Shown piece by piece: positions 27,601-40,114 of a stretch of 64,000 nt of DNA (position 1 is the first letter of the stretch; each line of letters begins with the position of its first letter). Where the stretch lies: NCBI RefSeq assembly GCF_000143415.4, contig NW_003314336.1:720853-784852 (forward strand), given 5' to 3'. The translations under genes and the position numbers were made by a program. Origin of the DNA: Selaginella moellendorffii (lineage: Eukaryota; Plantae; Lycopodiophyta). Under the pieces are notes generated by a model. The model was not told the origin of the DNA. It saw only the letters and a list, made by a program, of their open reading frames with translations, and did no database searches.

Positions 27601-30277
27601 AAGGGATAGAACCTAACCATAGGAAGTGAGGGGCATAATCAAGGGTGGTTATATAAGTTGGAAGTGGAGAATCTTGAGTGTGTTGCTGCTAGCAACTATG
27701 ATGCCATAAAGAGTCTAAATATGGAATTGTCCATGTTAGACCATTTGACAATTAAAAAACTTGTGAAAGGAGAGGCCCTAGCAAGCTAAGGGATAGAGTT
27801 CCTTCAAAGGTTCCCAAAGGCAATTCTAGGTAGTTTAATACCTAGAAAACTAAGTATAAATGGTTCCTAAAACGTGCGAAATCAGAGTGGCACAACAAAA
27901 GCATGGTCTTGAAGCTTGCCATGAGGTGAGGCTATCAAGGTTGGGGAAGTAGTCCTTGAGTGTTCAAAGAGATGGCTTTGAACAAAAGTTGATGGTTAAG
28001 GACTTTCACACTTATGCATGAACCATGGTACGCTGGTCTAGCGACTTGCTAAGCAGACTTAACGAGTCGAGGGAACAAAGACCCTAGTTGAAGGTGTTGA
28101 CTTCAGAAGGGGTGGCTCATGGGGCTAAGCATGGAGGAGTCCATGCATGATCACAGGCTTGTCAAGTGAGGGAACTTAGCAGTTTGGAGGAACTAGGTTC
28201 CTAAGCTGTGATCCGTAGCGCGCTTTGGGCATAAATTAATGCATTGGCATGGGGAGTCACACCTGGCATCCTGGGTGATGCCATCCGTAGATGCATATAT
28301 GGAGGTTGGGTTCAATTCCCAACCCTCTAGTGCTTGGGTTTGAGTCCCAAATCACTAGGGCGTGGTGATGGTTTGGAATATGAAGACACTTATATTTCAG
28401 TGGTCATGGACTCTTAGTGAGGAGACTGGCTTAGGCACACCACCAAGCGGGGGATGCTCCAGAGTCGTGATGCACGGTTAGATTGCTTAAAGTGAAAGTT
28501 CGGTATATCTAACTTGAACACTTTGGTGCAAAGGGCACCAAGGACATGGTGAATGAGATAGGGACACCCAGTCTTAATTGCTATGGATCCTTGGCTAGAA
28601 GGGCTGGCTTGGGTACACCGCCAAGTTTGGGGGATGCCCCCAGGGTCATAGTCAATAATTTAAAAGGGTCTAGAAGACCTAGTTCCTATTAATAAGGAAT
28701 ATGATTCCTAGTTCAAAGTGTTGATTTGAACTATTGATAATGGTGTGATTTGGTCAAAGTGACCAAGTGGTAAGAACACCTAAAGGGAAATTAGTTGTGT
28801 CAATACGATGGTATAGAAAGTTCAAGAAAGTAGTCTCTAGGAGAGACCCATGGGAGGGTCGCAAAGTTGGGCCGTAGACGGAGCCCGTAGCAAAAAATGC
28901 TAAAGAGACCTACTAGAGTGAGCACCCTCTGGATTTAGCAAAGTAGAGCCTTTGCCATAGACCCAAAAGGATACCTCGAGAATGGAGGTAGTGATCCTAT
29001 ATTGCTCAATGCAACAATTAACAGATAAAAGGAAAAGACTAATGGCCAAATTTGGGCCATGGAGTTCATTAAAAAGAATCCAAATGGCAAAGTTAGGCAT
29101 GGAACACTAATGTGTTAGATGCTAACAAATTGTGAGAAAGGAAGTGGGTTTCCAAGGATGGATTCCCAAATACTCCAAGTTGGCAAAGGTGAAAGCTCCA
29201 AGGGAGGGAGCAGCAAAGTAGCTAAATGATAGGGCCGTGGACAGCTCTAGCATAACTTACGATAACTGGAACTTAGTGCCAAAGGTGGCACAAAATAAAA
29301 GGGAGGATAATGGTGCCCTCAAGTGGAGAACTTCTTAAGATGGGGAAGTGAAGTTGCACAATATGTGCAATGAAAGGTGTCAGAAACACCAAGAAAATTG
29401 ACTTCGAGAAGTCAAGACTAAAAGTTCTAAAGTAGAATAATTATATTGATGGAAGTTGAGACTACTCGAAAATGAGAATGGGATTGAGCTAGAGAAAGTG
29501 TCTCTAATGGGTTTAGCAAGAGCTAAACCAATAAAAGGGAGAGAACCACCTGAGGTGGTCAAATGAGTCTCTATGTTAGAAACACTATGCTCCTTAGAGG
29601 TTGAATAAGGCATGGTGAGCCTTCGGTGTCAAACCATTAACGAATATTGGCTAGGTGCCAAGGATGGAAAAGGTAATACATGCTAATGTTACTTTATAAA
29701 ATGGTTTATCGTTAAATGAGGATATCAAACTTTGTCTATGGGTGGTGGAGTTGTGAGACACAAATCCCTAAGCCCCAAAGTGGAGCCGAAAGGTGCCATA
29801 TGGTAGTGGCTGAAGTGAAAGCCAAACGAGCGTAAAAGCTCTATTTCGTTAAAGTGGGAATTGTCATTATCCCACTTGTAAAATAAGGTTTCCAAACCTT
29901 TATATAGTATATAAATATAACAAAATTCAACTGCATTGAGGCACATGCCATTTTATTTTAAACAAGGAAATGTCTACTCAATCACTTCTCCTCCCCCTGC
30001 CACTGCTTCACCTCTCTCTTCTCTTTGTCATCGTCGTCCAATTTCTTTCCATCCTTTTAATATTGGCTCAGTTGCTCCGAGTCTAGGTGGAGCCCAAGTC
30101 CCCATTCAATCTTTACTTTCCCCCTATTAATAAAACAACTTCGTAAACTTCCAATAACATGCTGTAACAGTTCTAGTATAATGTAAATCCTCTCAAAGAA
30201 TTGTCTTTTAATATTAATACAATGGCATGGAACCCCATGCCATAATAAGTTACATTTTTAAATAAATACATGCCATC

Positions 30278-32960
30278 TCAGACTGTTATTTTTTGCCTCC
30301 AACGCCTATACAATAATCTTGGAATTTTTTCACTCTCCACACTATCAGGATTTAAACCCAATAGTAATGCCATCTCTTCTCTAATACGTCCACGCTCATG
30401 TTCAGTGGTCGAAGAACCCATCCGGTTGAGCAGATTATGGAGATGCGGATAGTGCTTGGCTAGACAATATACATGCCATAAATGATGATTGTTGTCTGTC
30501 CGATCAAATGGCTTTTGATATACCGTTCCATCTGCCATTTGGTTGATTTCTGCAGCCACCTTCTGGACTGGCCGGTTCTCTATCACCATCGCTCCAAGCC
30601 GTTTTGCAAGGTCCCCCAGAACATATGGTTTCTTCTCCCTAGTTTCCATACTGCAAGAGATGGGGTGCACGCGTGTTCGCTGCAGTTTTAATCAGCGAGT
30701 CATCGATGATGAGGATTTCACTTGACCTAGCAGTCCGGTTCATCACTACAGCCTTTGGCTTGATGAAGATGGGCTTGCTACCCCTCACATGGACCATAGT
30801 CAAGCAATCCTCCTACATTAGGAGAAAGTCAAATGGTAATATTACTCGCCTCTGATCGTGCATCATCTGTAGCAACGTTAATGCATTGTGGCGCATCATG
30901 GATGTCCAAACTCCCAATTGCAAATTAAACCCGGCCCTCTGTTTTAAGTGTCGCATGGTCATTATTAGATCCCGCAGTTTCTCCTGTGTGATTAATGTGA
31001 ATCTGTCTCTTTTGACCAACTTGCGACTGCAGGCTTTGGAGGGTGCAGTGACATTCGAGGACGAGCCACGCTCATGGGAGAAAAGGACACCGTTCAGATC
31101 AAAAACGATACAGTACCTTCGCCGTAACTCTGAAATGAAATGCGTCAGCATAAAAAATGGTACAAATCAATTTTACCATCTACAATATTAGCGAATGGTG
31201 CTCCCGATGGTCGTTGAGAGGGTTTTGGTCGAGGAAACGTGAAGGGCGGAAATACTCTCCTCTGCAATGTGGGGTCAATCGCATCCGATGGCGTGTGGGC
31301 ACATGCCATTTCAGCTGTAGACTCTGGTACAACTGGCTCAACAGTGGCATGGGGTGGTTCCGATGGCGTGTGATCCCTCCGTTGGCAAAGTGGACATGAC
31401 CGAACAGGCAGCAGGGGCGGTGTAGGGAGGTTCCAACGGCGCGTAGTCAGACGATTGGGCACACGTTGAGTCCGTTGGAAATGAGGATACGACCGGCTCG
31501 GCGGCTGGGGCGGCCTCATGCGGGTCCAATGGCGCCTGGTCACCGTCAGTTGGATACGTGGACAAGATTGACTCAGTGGTATGGGCAGCATCAAGTGGAG
31601 CGTGGTTAGCTTGCTTGGCATTGATATGGATAGTAGCCTCCACCAGCTCTGATGACTCTTGCAGGCAAGTAGAGTCCACTGGCAGATCCATATGCATATC
31701 CAAATATCTCCCTTCGATTGAGATGGTATCCTCCCTACTGGCTACTAAAAACAAACTCATTAGCACATTGAATTGACTATACTATATTTACCATCAACTG
31801 CTATTGAGGAACTAGGACCGATATCACTTGGGCGCACTGCTGATTCTGAAGGATTGGACATACGTTTCGACCCTTACTTGGCACTATCCTTCCTCGACAC
31901 TAAAGGCTAGAGTTTGTATCTTAATTCAACTGAATAATCTCTACTTACCATTTGCTCTGCGACCTACATGGACAATGTTAGAAATGGTAAAAGGTTAGGA
32001 ATGGATGTACTATTATTTACCTGATGGTTTGTCTTGTATGACCTTCCTCCATTGCTCTTTGGCCACCTCAGGCTGGCCATCGTCGTCATCATCGTCGTCG
32101 TCGTTATTGTGATCGTCACCATTGTGAGGACCATCCAAGTCCTCTTCGTCCTCCTCTTCTTTGTCCTCCTCTTCGTCCTTCTGCTCTTCCTACTCATTAT
32201 CTTTCTCTGGCTCCTCATCCCCCTCCTGCATTTCTTCCATAGGCTTCTCAGGCTGGATGGCTTGTTCTTCCAAGACCATCTTGGGAACATCATCTGGCCG
32301 AGTCTCCATCTCAAAATACAAGACATCCATAGCCTGTTTTAGTGCGTGACCTAGGACCGTATCCTCACCCGACTGTCTTAACATGGTTTCTGCACGTTCT
32401 TGCACCCTTCGAAGATGACGAGATGAGAAAAACGTGGCCCTGACTTGAAAAGCATCCCTCATCCATTGTACCTCTCCATTGAGATTGGGGAAGGGGAGTC
32501 CGCCATAGGAATCTAAGTCAGGAGGTGGTGACTGCCTGCTTTCACTCAGCCCTTGATCTGCAATGAATGGCATGAGCACACACGCCATAACCGCGAGGCA
32601 TTACATATCATCTTTTCGTTGCCCTTCTTCCTTTTCGAATCAAACGCCTCTGATCCCGACGACTGTCCAACGTGCTTTCGCTTTTTATGACCACTGTCAG
32701 TTTGAGCTTGATCTACAAGAAATGGCATGAGGACCCATGCAATAACCATGACGCTTTCCTTCCTGTCCTTGGAGGCTCTATCGTGCCTTCCGCATCCTCA
32801 GGTGCCTGCTCCTCAATTCCCCATGCATTCTTTTCTCCCACCATCTGTGTTGTACAGCCTCAGATCCTCGCCTTCCATCCCAAAAGTCCAACTGGTGAGC
32901 TCCTCCCCCTTCTCTGCATCCACATTGACAGTGGCTGGAAGAAGAACGCAATTCCTCGCC
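30278..32960 (-). pseudogene. Copy 1 of the cargo gene: retains the acidic exon and FCP1/NIF-like HAD phosphatase domain (30278-31130); ParB/MTase part deleted
   Basis: YCIVFDLNGVLF, LGVWTSMMRHNA and ILIIDDS motifs; stop codon plus an 11-bp deletion near 30670. Confidence 0.82.
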
Positions 32961-34233
32961 TGTTCAGAAATGCACAACAATTAGAGCTGACAGATGAAAA
33001 GCTAGCAGCTGGAAATAACGTGAGGCCACACGCCATTCACCACTGCATCAGATGTCTTGAGGCTGCATCCTAAGATAGCGTGAGGCTACACGCCATCTGT
33101 AACCGGACTGCACTCGAGAGCCCAATCGGTGCATGCCAATGTTGCTACTGAATGGCATGTGGCCTCATGCCATTTTCTACTTGGCCTAAAAGACTTACCA
33201 TTTGAAGCCGAATGGAGGCGTGACAATCGAGGCCGGACTCGCAGGCGAATGTGCACTGTGTGTGCAGCAGATCGTAGCAGCAAGGCTACTCTGCCACTTA
33301 CAATTGGAGAGTGGCGCTGAAATCTCCTGGGACGCCAAGTGGGCTGCGTGTGGGTGGCGGAGTGGGCGGCGGAGTTGGCGGCGAAGTTACAAACTGGGTG
33401 TGTCTTGAAGTGGACGCCGATGCACACGAGCGCAATGCGAGCGCGAGTGTGATGCAAGCGCGAGTGGATGCCGATGCACACGAGAAACCTGTAGAGAAGG
33501 TAGATGAGTGCGAATGTGAGCGTGATCGAGTGTGCGAGTGCGATGCAAGCGCGAGTAGGAAGCAAAATGCAAAACCTAACCTCACACGCACGAAATGTCA
33601 TGACGGTTGGTAACCCCGCAACGTCATCATTCCTCGGACTTGGGCGCCACCATTAATTTCTGGATCGCCACCCGCATGCATGCACATGAAATCCAAAAGA
33701 AATCTGCAACGTCATCATTCCTCGGACTGCATGCACGCAAAATCCAAAAGAAAGATCATGATTGGGATATCATTTAATACCCTCGCTATATTTATACCAT
33801 GCATGATTGGATATTCCAAAGCATCTTGTATTTCCAAAAATGCCAGATGTTCAGCTAAATAAAGAATGGTATACAATGTCCTTCTTGATGACCCTGCAAA
33901 GAAGCATCTCGATCGGACACCACATGAGACCACACGAGCTTTACAATGTTTCAAGGGCATTTGCCATAGATCCGACCGTTATTTTGCTCCAAGATTCTAC
34001 AGTTTGGTGTGCATTGATCTTTCCATCGACACTGCAAAGGGACATCACAATCAGATATGGGATCACAAGAAACTAACTTCACTAACTCTGGTTTCACCAA
34101 GATCTACGTAAGGAGTTATGAAATGAAATGACCCTCTCTATTGAAATGTGTTTATGGTCCTAGGGGCATTGTGACATATCAAAGGATTTTGCATCAAGTT
34201 CTGTATTTGCATGTTTATCAAGCTACTGAATTG

Positions 34234-34260
34234 CTAAACCCTAAACCCTAAACCCTAAAC
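34234..34260. repeat. Plant telomere-type repeat tract (CCCTAAA)n / telo-boxes inside the transposon
   Basis: CTAAACCCTAAACCCTAAACCCTAAAC; homologous tract at 42156-42181. Confidence 0.9.
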
Positions 34261-34723
34261 ATGTGGCAAATGCTGCGTGAAAAGCTCTATTTCGTTAAAG
34301 TGGGAATTGTCATTATCCCACTTGTAAAATAAGGTTTCCAAACCTTTATATAGTATATAAATATAACAAAATTCAACTGCATTGAGGCACATGCCATTTT
34401 ATTTTAAACAAGGAAATGTCTACTCAATCACTTCTCCTCCCCTTGCCACTGGTTCACCTCTCTCTTCTCCTTGTCATCGTCGTCCAATTTCTTTCCATCC
34501 TTTTAATATTGGCTCAGTTGCTCCGAGTCTAAGTGGAGCCCAAGTCCCCATTCAATCTTTACTTTCCCCTTATTAATAAAACAACTTTGTAGACTTCCAA
34601 TAACATGCTGTAACAGTTCTAGTATAATGCAAATCCTCTCAAAGAATTGTCTTTTAATATTAATACAATGGCATGGAACCCCATGCCATAATAAGTTACA
34701 TTTTTAAATAAATACATGCCATC

Positions 34724-35585
34724 TCAGACTGTTATTTTTTGCCTCCAACGCCTATACAATAATCTTGGAATTTCATCACTCTCCACACTATCAGGATTTA
34801 AACCCAATAGTAATGCCATCTCTTCTCTAATACGTCCACGCTCATATTCAGTGGTCGAAGAACCCATCCGGTTGAGCAGATTATGGAGATGCGGATAGTG
34901 CTTGGCTAGACAATATACATGCCATAAATGATGACTGGTGTCTGTCCGATCAAATGGCTTTTGATATACCATTCCATCTGCCATTTGGTTGATTTCTGCA
35001 GCCACCTCCTGGACTGGCCGGTTCTCTATCACCATCACTCCAAGCCGTTTTGCAAGGTCCCCCAGAACATACGGTTTCTTCTCCCTAGTTTCCATACTGC
35101 AAGAGATGGGGTGCACTGCATATGTGTGCGTGTTCGCTGCAGTTTTAATCGGTGAGTCATCGATGATGAGGATTTCACTTGACCTAGCAGTCCGGTTCAT
35201 CACTACAGCCTCTGGCTTGGCGAAGATGGGCTTGCTACCCCTCACATGGACCATAGTCAAGCAATCCTCCTGCGTTAGGAGAAAGTCAAATGGTAATATT
35301 ACTCGCCTCTGATCGTGCATCATTTGTAGCAACGTTAATGCATTGTGGCGCATCATGGATGTCCAAACTCCCAATTGCAAATTGAACCCGGCCCTCTGTT
35401 TTAAGTGTCGCATGGTCATTATTAGATCCCGCAGTTTCTCCCGTGTGATTAATGTGAATCTGTCTCTTTTGACCAACTTGCGACCGCAGGCTTTGGAGGG
35501 TGCAATGACATTCGAGGACGAGCACGCTCATGGGAGAAAAGGACACCGTTCAGATCAAAAATGATACAGTACCTTCGCCGTGACT
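34724..35585 (-). other. FCP1/NIF-like HAD phosphatase domain (terminal exon of the cargo gene, copy 2)
   Basis: IIFDLNGV, LGVWTSMMRHNA, QEDC, IFAKP and ILIIDDSPIK..N motifs. Confidence 0.85.
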
Positions 35586-38500
35586 CCGAAATGAAATGCG
35601 TCAGCATAAAAAATGGTACAAGTCAATTTTACCATCTACAATATTAGCGAATGGTGCTCCCGATGGTCGTTGAGAGGGTTTTGGTCGAGGAAACGTGAAG
35701 GGCGGAAATACTCTCCTTTGCAATGTGGGGTCAATCGCATCCGATGGCGTGTGGGCACATGCCATTTCAGCTGTAGACTCTAGTACAACTAGCTCAACAG
35801 TGACATGGGGTGGTTCCGATGGCGTGTGATCACACGCCATTTCAGCTGGTGCCTCCATTGGCAAAGTGGACATGACTGAACAGGCAGCAGGGGCGGTGTA
35901 GGGAGGTTCCAATGGCGTGTAGTCAGACGATTGGGCACACGTTGAGTCCGTTGGAAATGAGGATACGACCGGCTCGGTGGCTGGGGCGGCCTCATGCGGG
36001 TCCAATGGCGCCTGGTCACCGTCAGTTGGATACGTGAACAAGATTGACTCAGTGGTATGGGCAACATCAAGTGGAGCGTGGTCAGCTTGCTTGGCGTTGA
36101 TATGGATAGTAGCCTCCACTAGCTATGATGACTCTTGCAGGCAAGTAGAGTCCACTGGCGGATCCATATGCATGTCCAAATATCTCCCTTCAATTGAGAT
36201 GGTATCCTTCCGTGCTACTAAAAACAAACTCATTAGCACATTGAATTGACTATACTGTATTTACCATCAACTGCTATTGAGGAACTAGGACCGATATCAC
36301 TTGGGCGCACTGCTGATTCTGAAGGATTGGACATACATTTCGACCCTTGCTTGGCACTATCCTTCCTCGACACTAAAGGCTAGAGTTTGTATCTTAATTC
36401 AACTGAATAATCTCTACTTACCATTTGCTCTACGACCTACATAGACAATGTTAGAAATGGTAAAAGGTTAGGAATGGATGTACTATTATTTACCTGATGG
36501 TTTGTCTTGTATGACCTTCCTCCGCTGCTCTTTGGCCACCTCAGGCTGGCCATCATCGTCATCATCGTCGTCGTCGTTATTGTGATCGTCACCATTGTGA
36601 GGACCATCCAAGTCCTCTTCGTCCTCCTCTTCTTCGTCCTCCTCTTCGTCCTTCTGCTCTTCCTGCTCATTATCTTTCTCTGGATCCTCATCCCCCTCCT
36701 GCATTTCTTCCATAGGTTGCTCAGGCTGGATGGCTTGTTCTTCCAGGACCATCTTGGGAACATCATCTGGCCGAGTCTCCATCTCAAAATACAAGACATC
36801 CATAGCCTGTTTTAGTGCGTGGCCTAGGACCGTATCCTCACCCGACTGTCTTAACATGGTTTCTGCACGTTCTTGCACCCTTTGAAGATGACGAGATGAG
36901 AAAAACATGGCCCTGACTTGAAAAGCATCCCTCATCCATTGTACCTCTCCATTGAGATTGGGGAAGGGGAGTCCGCCATAGGAATCTGAGTCAGGAGGTG
37001 GTGACTGGCTGCTTTCACTCAGCCCTTGATCTGCAATGAATGGCATGAGCACACACGCCATAACCGCGAGGCATTACCTATCATCTTTTCGTTGCCCTTC
37101 TTCCTTTTCGAATCAAACGCCTCTGATCCCGACGACTGTCTAACGTGCTTTCGCTTTTTATGACCACTGTCAGTTTGAGCTTGGCTGGTGCTTGCCTGTT
37201 TTGCCTTTGAAGAAGTGTCTCTTGCAAGGAATGGCATGAGACCACACGCCATTGCAAATATAATTTGTACCTCCTTTTTTCCTATTGCTTGTCTGTTTGT
37301 CCTTCTTCGACGCGCCACTAGTGCGCTTTTCAGTCCTCGTGTCTGAATATTCACAACGATCTATAATCAAAATGGCGTGAGGCCTCACGTGACCTTACCT
37401 TGTGCAGGTTGTGAGCTCGGCCCAACATGGGTATCTTCAACAGTAGCTGTTAACGCCGTTTCAGCATCTGGGGGTGGCCACGCTCCTGCATACAGAGCTT
37501 GTGAGATAACATTTAAACTTAAAGTGCGTACTCACCAAATTCGCAGAGAAGATACTGTTTTTCTTTGGCAACTGTAATTATATGCTCCATTGAAGTCACC
37601 TCTTCAATGGAGTTTGTCACCGCAACACACGGGACACCCTTGAGTAGTGCGGCTCGAAAGAATAGTCCGCCGCAGTTGTACTCGACAACGCATTTGCCCT
37701 TGGAGTCGGAAGCAGGTGACCCACCTGCTATTGCATTGAAGACCCAGCTGAGCATTTCCCATGCTGCACCTGGACCTTTCTCTGGATTCGAAAGCTCCAT
37801 AGCCGTCTTCAGTTCCTCAGGCACGGGTAAATTGACCTCCCTCAGATCAATTCGATCGGCCTTGTCGAACGAAGCTGGGAAGTCACTCCAGTCCCACTCT
37901 GCTGCAGGACCAATAACAAGGGCGAGTGTGAAGATGCGGACATTCGTTGGTATCTTCTTCTTAGCTATTATCCCATGGATCTCCCGCATCTCCTTGCCTT
38001 TCAACCGAGCCTTCACCTCGTTCAAGGCCTTCCAGAACTTGTGATAGGATTCGGAGTCGTAGATCATATAGTGGACTGAAGATTCCACCTCCGCAAGTCC
38101 CACCATTAAGTTAATGGTGGAGCTGACTTCGTCTGCATGAGTGATCTCCTCGTTTGTGAAGTCCATCACACAAAATATGTTCTTGACCTGCTCATCTCCG
38201 CGGGAAACGATGCTCCTCCACCTTTGATCCTCATCCGAATTCAAGTATACCCGGTAAGGTTCTCGATAGGCCTCTGCTGTGGGGTCGAGCTGTTTCTGAA
38301 GCCGGCGGTCGACATCACTCTTAATGAAATTTGGATACTGATCCAACTTCTCAGCTTTACTTTTCGTGGCATCCCGCAGCAGATCGATGAACTTGGGGGC
38401 CCCCTTCACGTACTCGTCGATGTCTTCATTTGACAAATCCAGCGCTTCCATCATCTCTTGCGTGGTGTCGATGCTCACCCTTTCCACGGCCACTTGCTCG

Positions 38501-39039
38501 AAGATCCAATCCTTCAATAGCGCACGAGCTCTCAGAGTCGTGCACAAGTCCTCGTATGTCACAATATGGCCAGGAGTCATTTTGGTCTTGTTGAAGACTA
38601 CCTCACCACGTAGAAGAGCATTAGCCACTGTCAGAAGGTCGTCGTCGTCTAGAGACCGTGAGAAATGCAAGGCGTTGAGCTTCAAATCATTGGGCTTCCG
38701 GCCGTCCTCCACACCCATTGAGTTTGGCAACTCCCCGTCATGGTACCTCCTCAGCACATCTACCCATTTGTCAAAAACAACTTTTGTCGCGAGTAGAATG
38801 TTATGGATGCTGAGTGTGTCATTGACCCCCAGTGTTTTCGAGAGAAGACTTGAGAATTCCTGCAATGGAAATGGCGTGAGGCCACATGCTATGCCACATG
38901 CAACGAGGCTTACCTGCCAGGCGCTAGTTGCTAGTGCACGTCCTTGTCCTGGTTTTTGTGGCTTCTTCAGTTGAACCCAGAGCTTCCGTGTTCGTGCCAA
39001 TGTCTCGTGCAGACCCGATTTGTAGCACGTTTCTTGCTT

Positions 39040-39430
39040 GACATTCTGCACATGGGAGATGTATATGATAGATCGGAGGGGCGAGTTGCCTTTTATCAGG
39101 CGGACAACTCTTGTCTTGAAGACTTTCTTCACCTCCTCGCCCACCATAATATCCACAACTATCTCTTGCATCGCCAAACTAGAATGCTACCTGGAGACGG
39201 CATAGAACCGGATGTTCTGATCGTCCAACACCTTCCTATTGATCAAGTCTGGAAACCTCGTCTCGCCCTTCATTGTTCGGTAGTAGGGGATCACGTCTGC
39301 GATGTCGGGTGTTACTGGACTTGCCAGCATCTTCTGCTTCAGTTTCTCCACCCACTCATTAGATACTAGCCTGTGGTTGTATTTGCTTTGGATGTCGATA
39401 CGGCTCACATCGATTGTATATACTTTGTTG
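39040..39430 (-). other. ParB/Sulfiredoxin-like N-terminal domain of the cargo protein
   Basis: IDVSRIDI..YNHRLVSNEWVEKLKQKM..P..ADVIP...FYAVS(R*)HSSLAM...IIYISHVQN matches the ParB-N pattern; AGG TAG is readable as a mutated GGG CAG (GQH). Confidence 0.62.
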
Positions 39431-39520
39431 GAATAGTAACAAGTACTATTATCTGCGACGATTTTTGCTGCCTCTTCTTGCTCTTTCTGCTCTTTGCGGC
39501 TCTTCTTTTTGGTGGGTGTA

Positions 39521-40114
39521 TGTAAGCAACCAAAGAGAACGACTTGAGAGACGGTCCATGGGGTTCAAATATAGAGGGAAAGGGCCCATGAATAAGAGTG
39601 CACCCCCTTTTCCAATCGGTTAAGGGTCTTGGGATATTTGGGGTTAAGCTTCCTTGGGTTTGAATAGTACTGGGCTGGGTGACCTCCCGGGAAGTCCAAA
39701 CTCAGGAGCTTACATTTGGTATCGGAGCGGGTCTCGGGTCCGACTCTGTTGGTTGGCTAGGGGAATCACACCACATGTTGATTGACATCTGGCTGATCCA
39801 GTTTGCTCCCGCTGGGCTCGACCCGAGGGGTAGGGTGTCAAGAGAGCGGGGCTCTCGGGAGAGCTGCGGCTCTCAGCTTCTGTTCACGAGGGCGTGAACT
39901 TGCAGGGAAGCATGGTGGATTGTAAGCAACCAAAGAGAACGACTTGAGAGACGGTCCATGGGGTTCAAATATAGAGGGAAAGGGCCCATGAATAAGAGTG
40001 CACCCCCTTTTCCAATCGGTTAAGGGTCTTGGGATATTTGGGGTTAAGCGTCCTTGGGTTTGAATAGTACTGGGCTGGGTGACCTCCCGGGAAGTCCAAA
40101 CTCAGGAGCTTACA
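39521..40114 (+). mobile_element. Cassandra TRIM (5S-rRNA-bearing LTRs), complete and very young
   Basis: 194-bp LTRs (39521-39714, 39921-40114) with 1 mismatch; TSD GTGTA; PBS TGGTATCGGAGC at 39717; 206-bp non-coding interior; 5S internal control region-like segment in each LTR. Confidence 0.95.
40042..40097 (+). promoter_or_regulatory. 5S rRNA-derived Pol III internal promoter (A-box/IE/C-box) in the Cassandra LTR; twin at 39642-39697
   Basis: GTTAAGCGTCCTTGGGTTTGAATAGTACTGGGCTGGGTGACCTCCCGGGAAGTCC vs plant 5S GTTAAGCGTGCTTGGGCGAGAGTAGTACTAGGATGGGTGACCTCCTGGGAAGTCC. Confidence 0.88.

Larger units (their letters stand above)
29836..34281 (+). repeat. Internally deleted duplicate (copy 1) of the left part of the transposon
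   Basis: High identity to 34282-37183, 40551-41557 and 41788-42202; has a unique ~110-bp segment at 32712-32821. Confidence 0.92.

Noticed and set aside
33086-33613. GC-rich overlapping ORFs (also 40962-41324)
   Set aside because: Low-complexity GCGAGT-type repeats in the probable 5' region of the cargo gene; indels between the two copies and no protein motifs.
34234-34260. Chromosome end or healed break
   Set aside because: Under four units long and present at the homologous position in both transposon copies, so it is part of the element.
37565-39369. Plus-strand ORFs of 98-202 aa
   Set aside because: Antisense shadows of the minus-strand cargo gene with no recognisable motifs.
39642-39697. 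5S rRNA gene
   Set aside because: Only the ~55-nt internal promoter part is present, embedded in TRIM LTRs.
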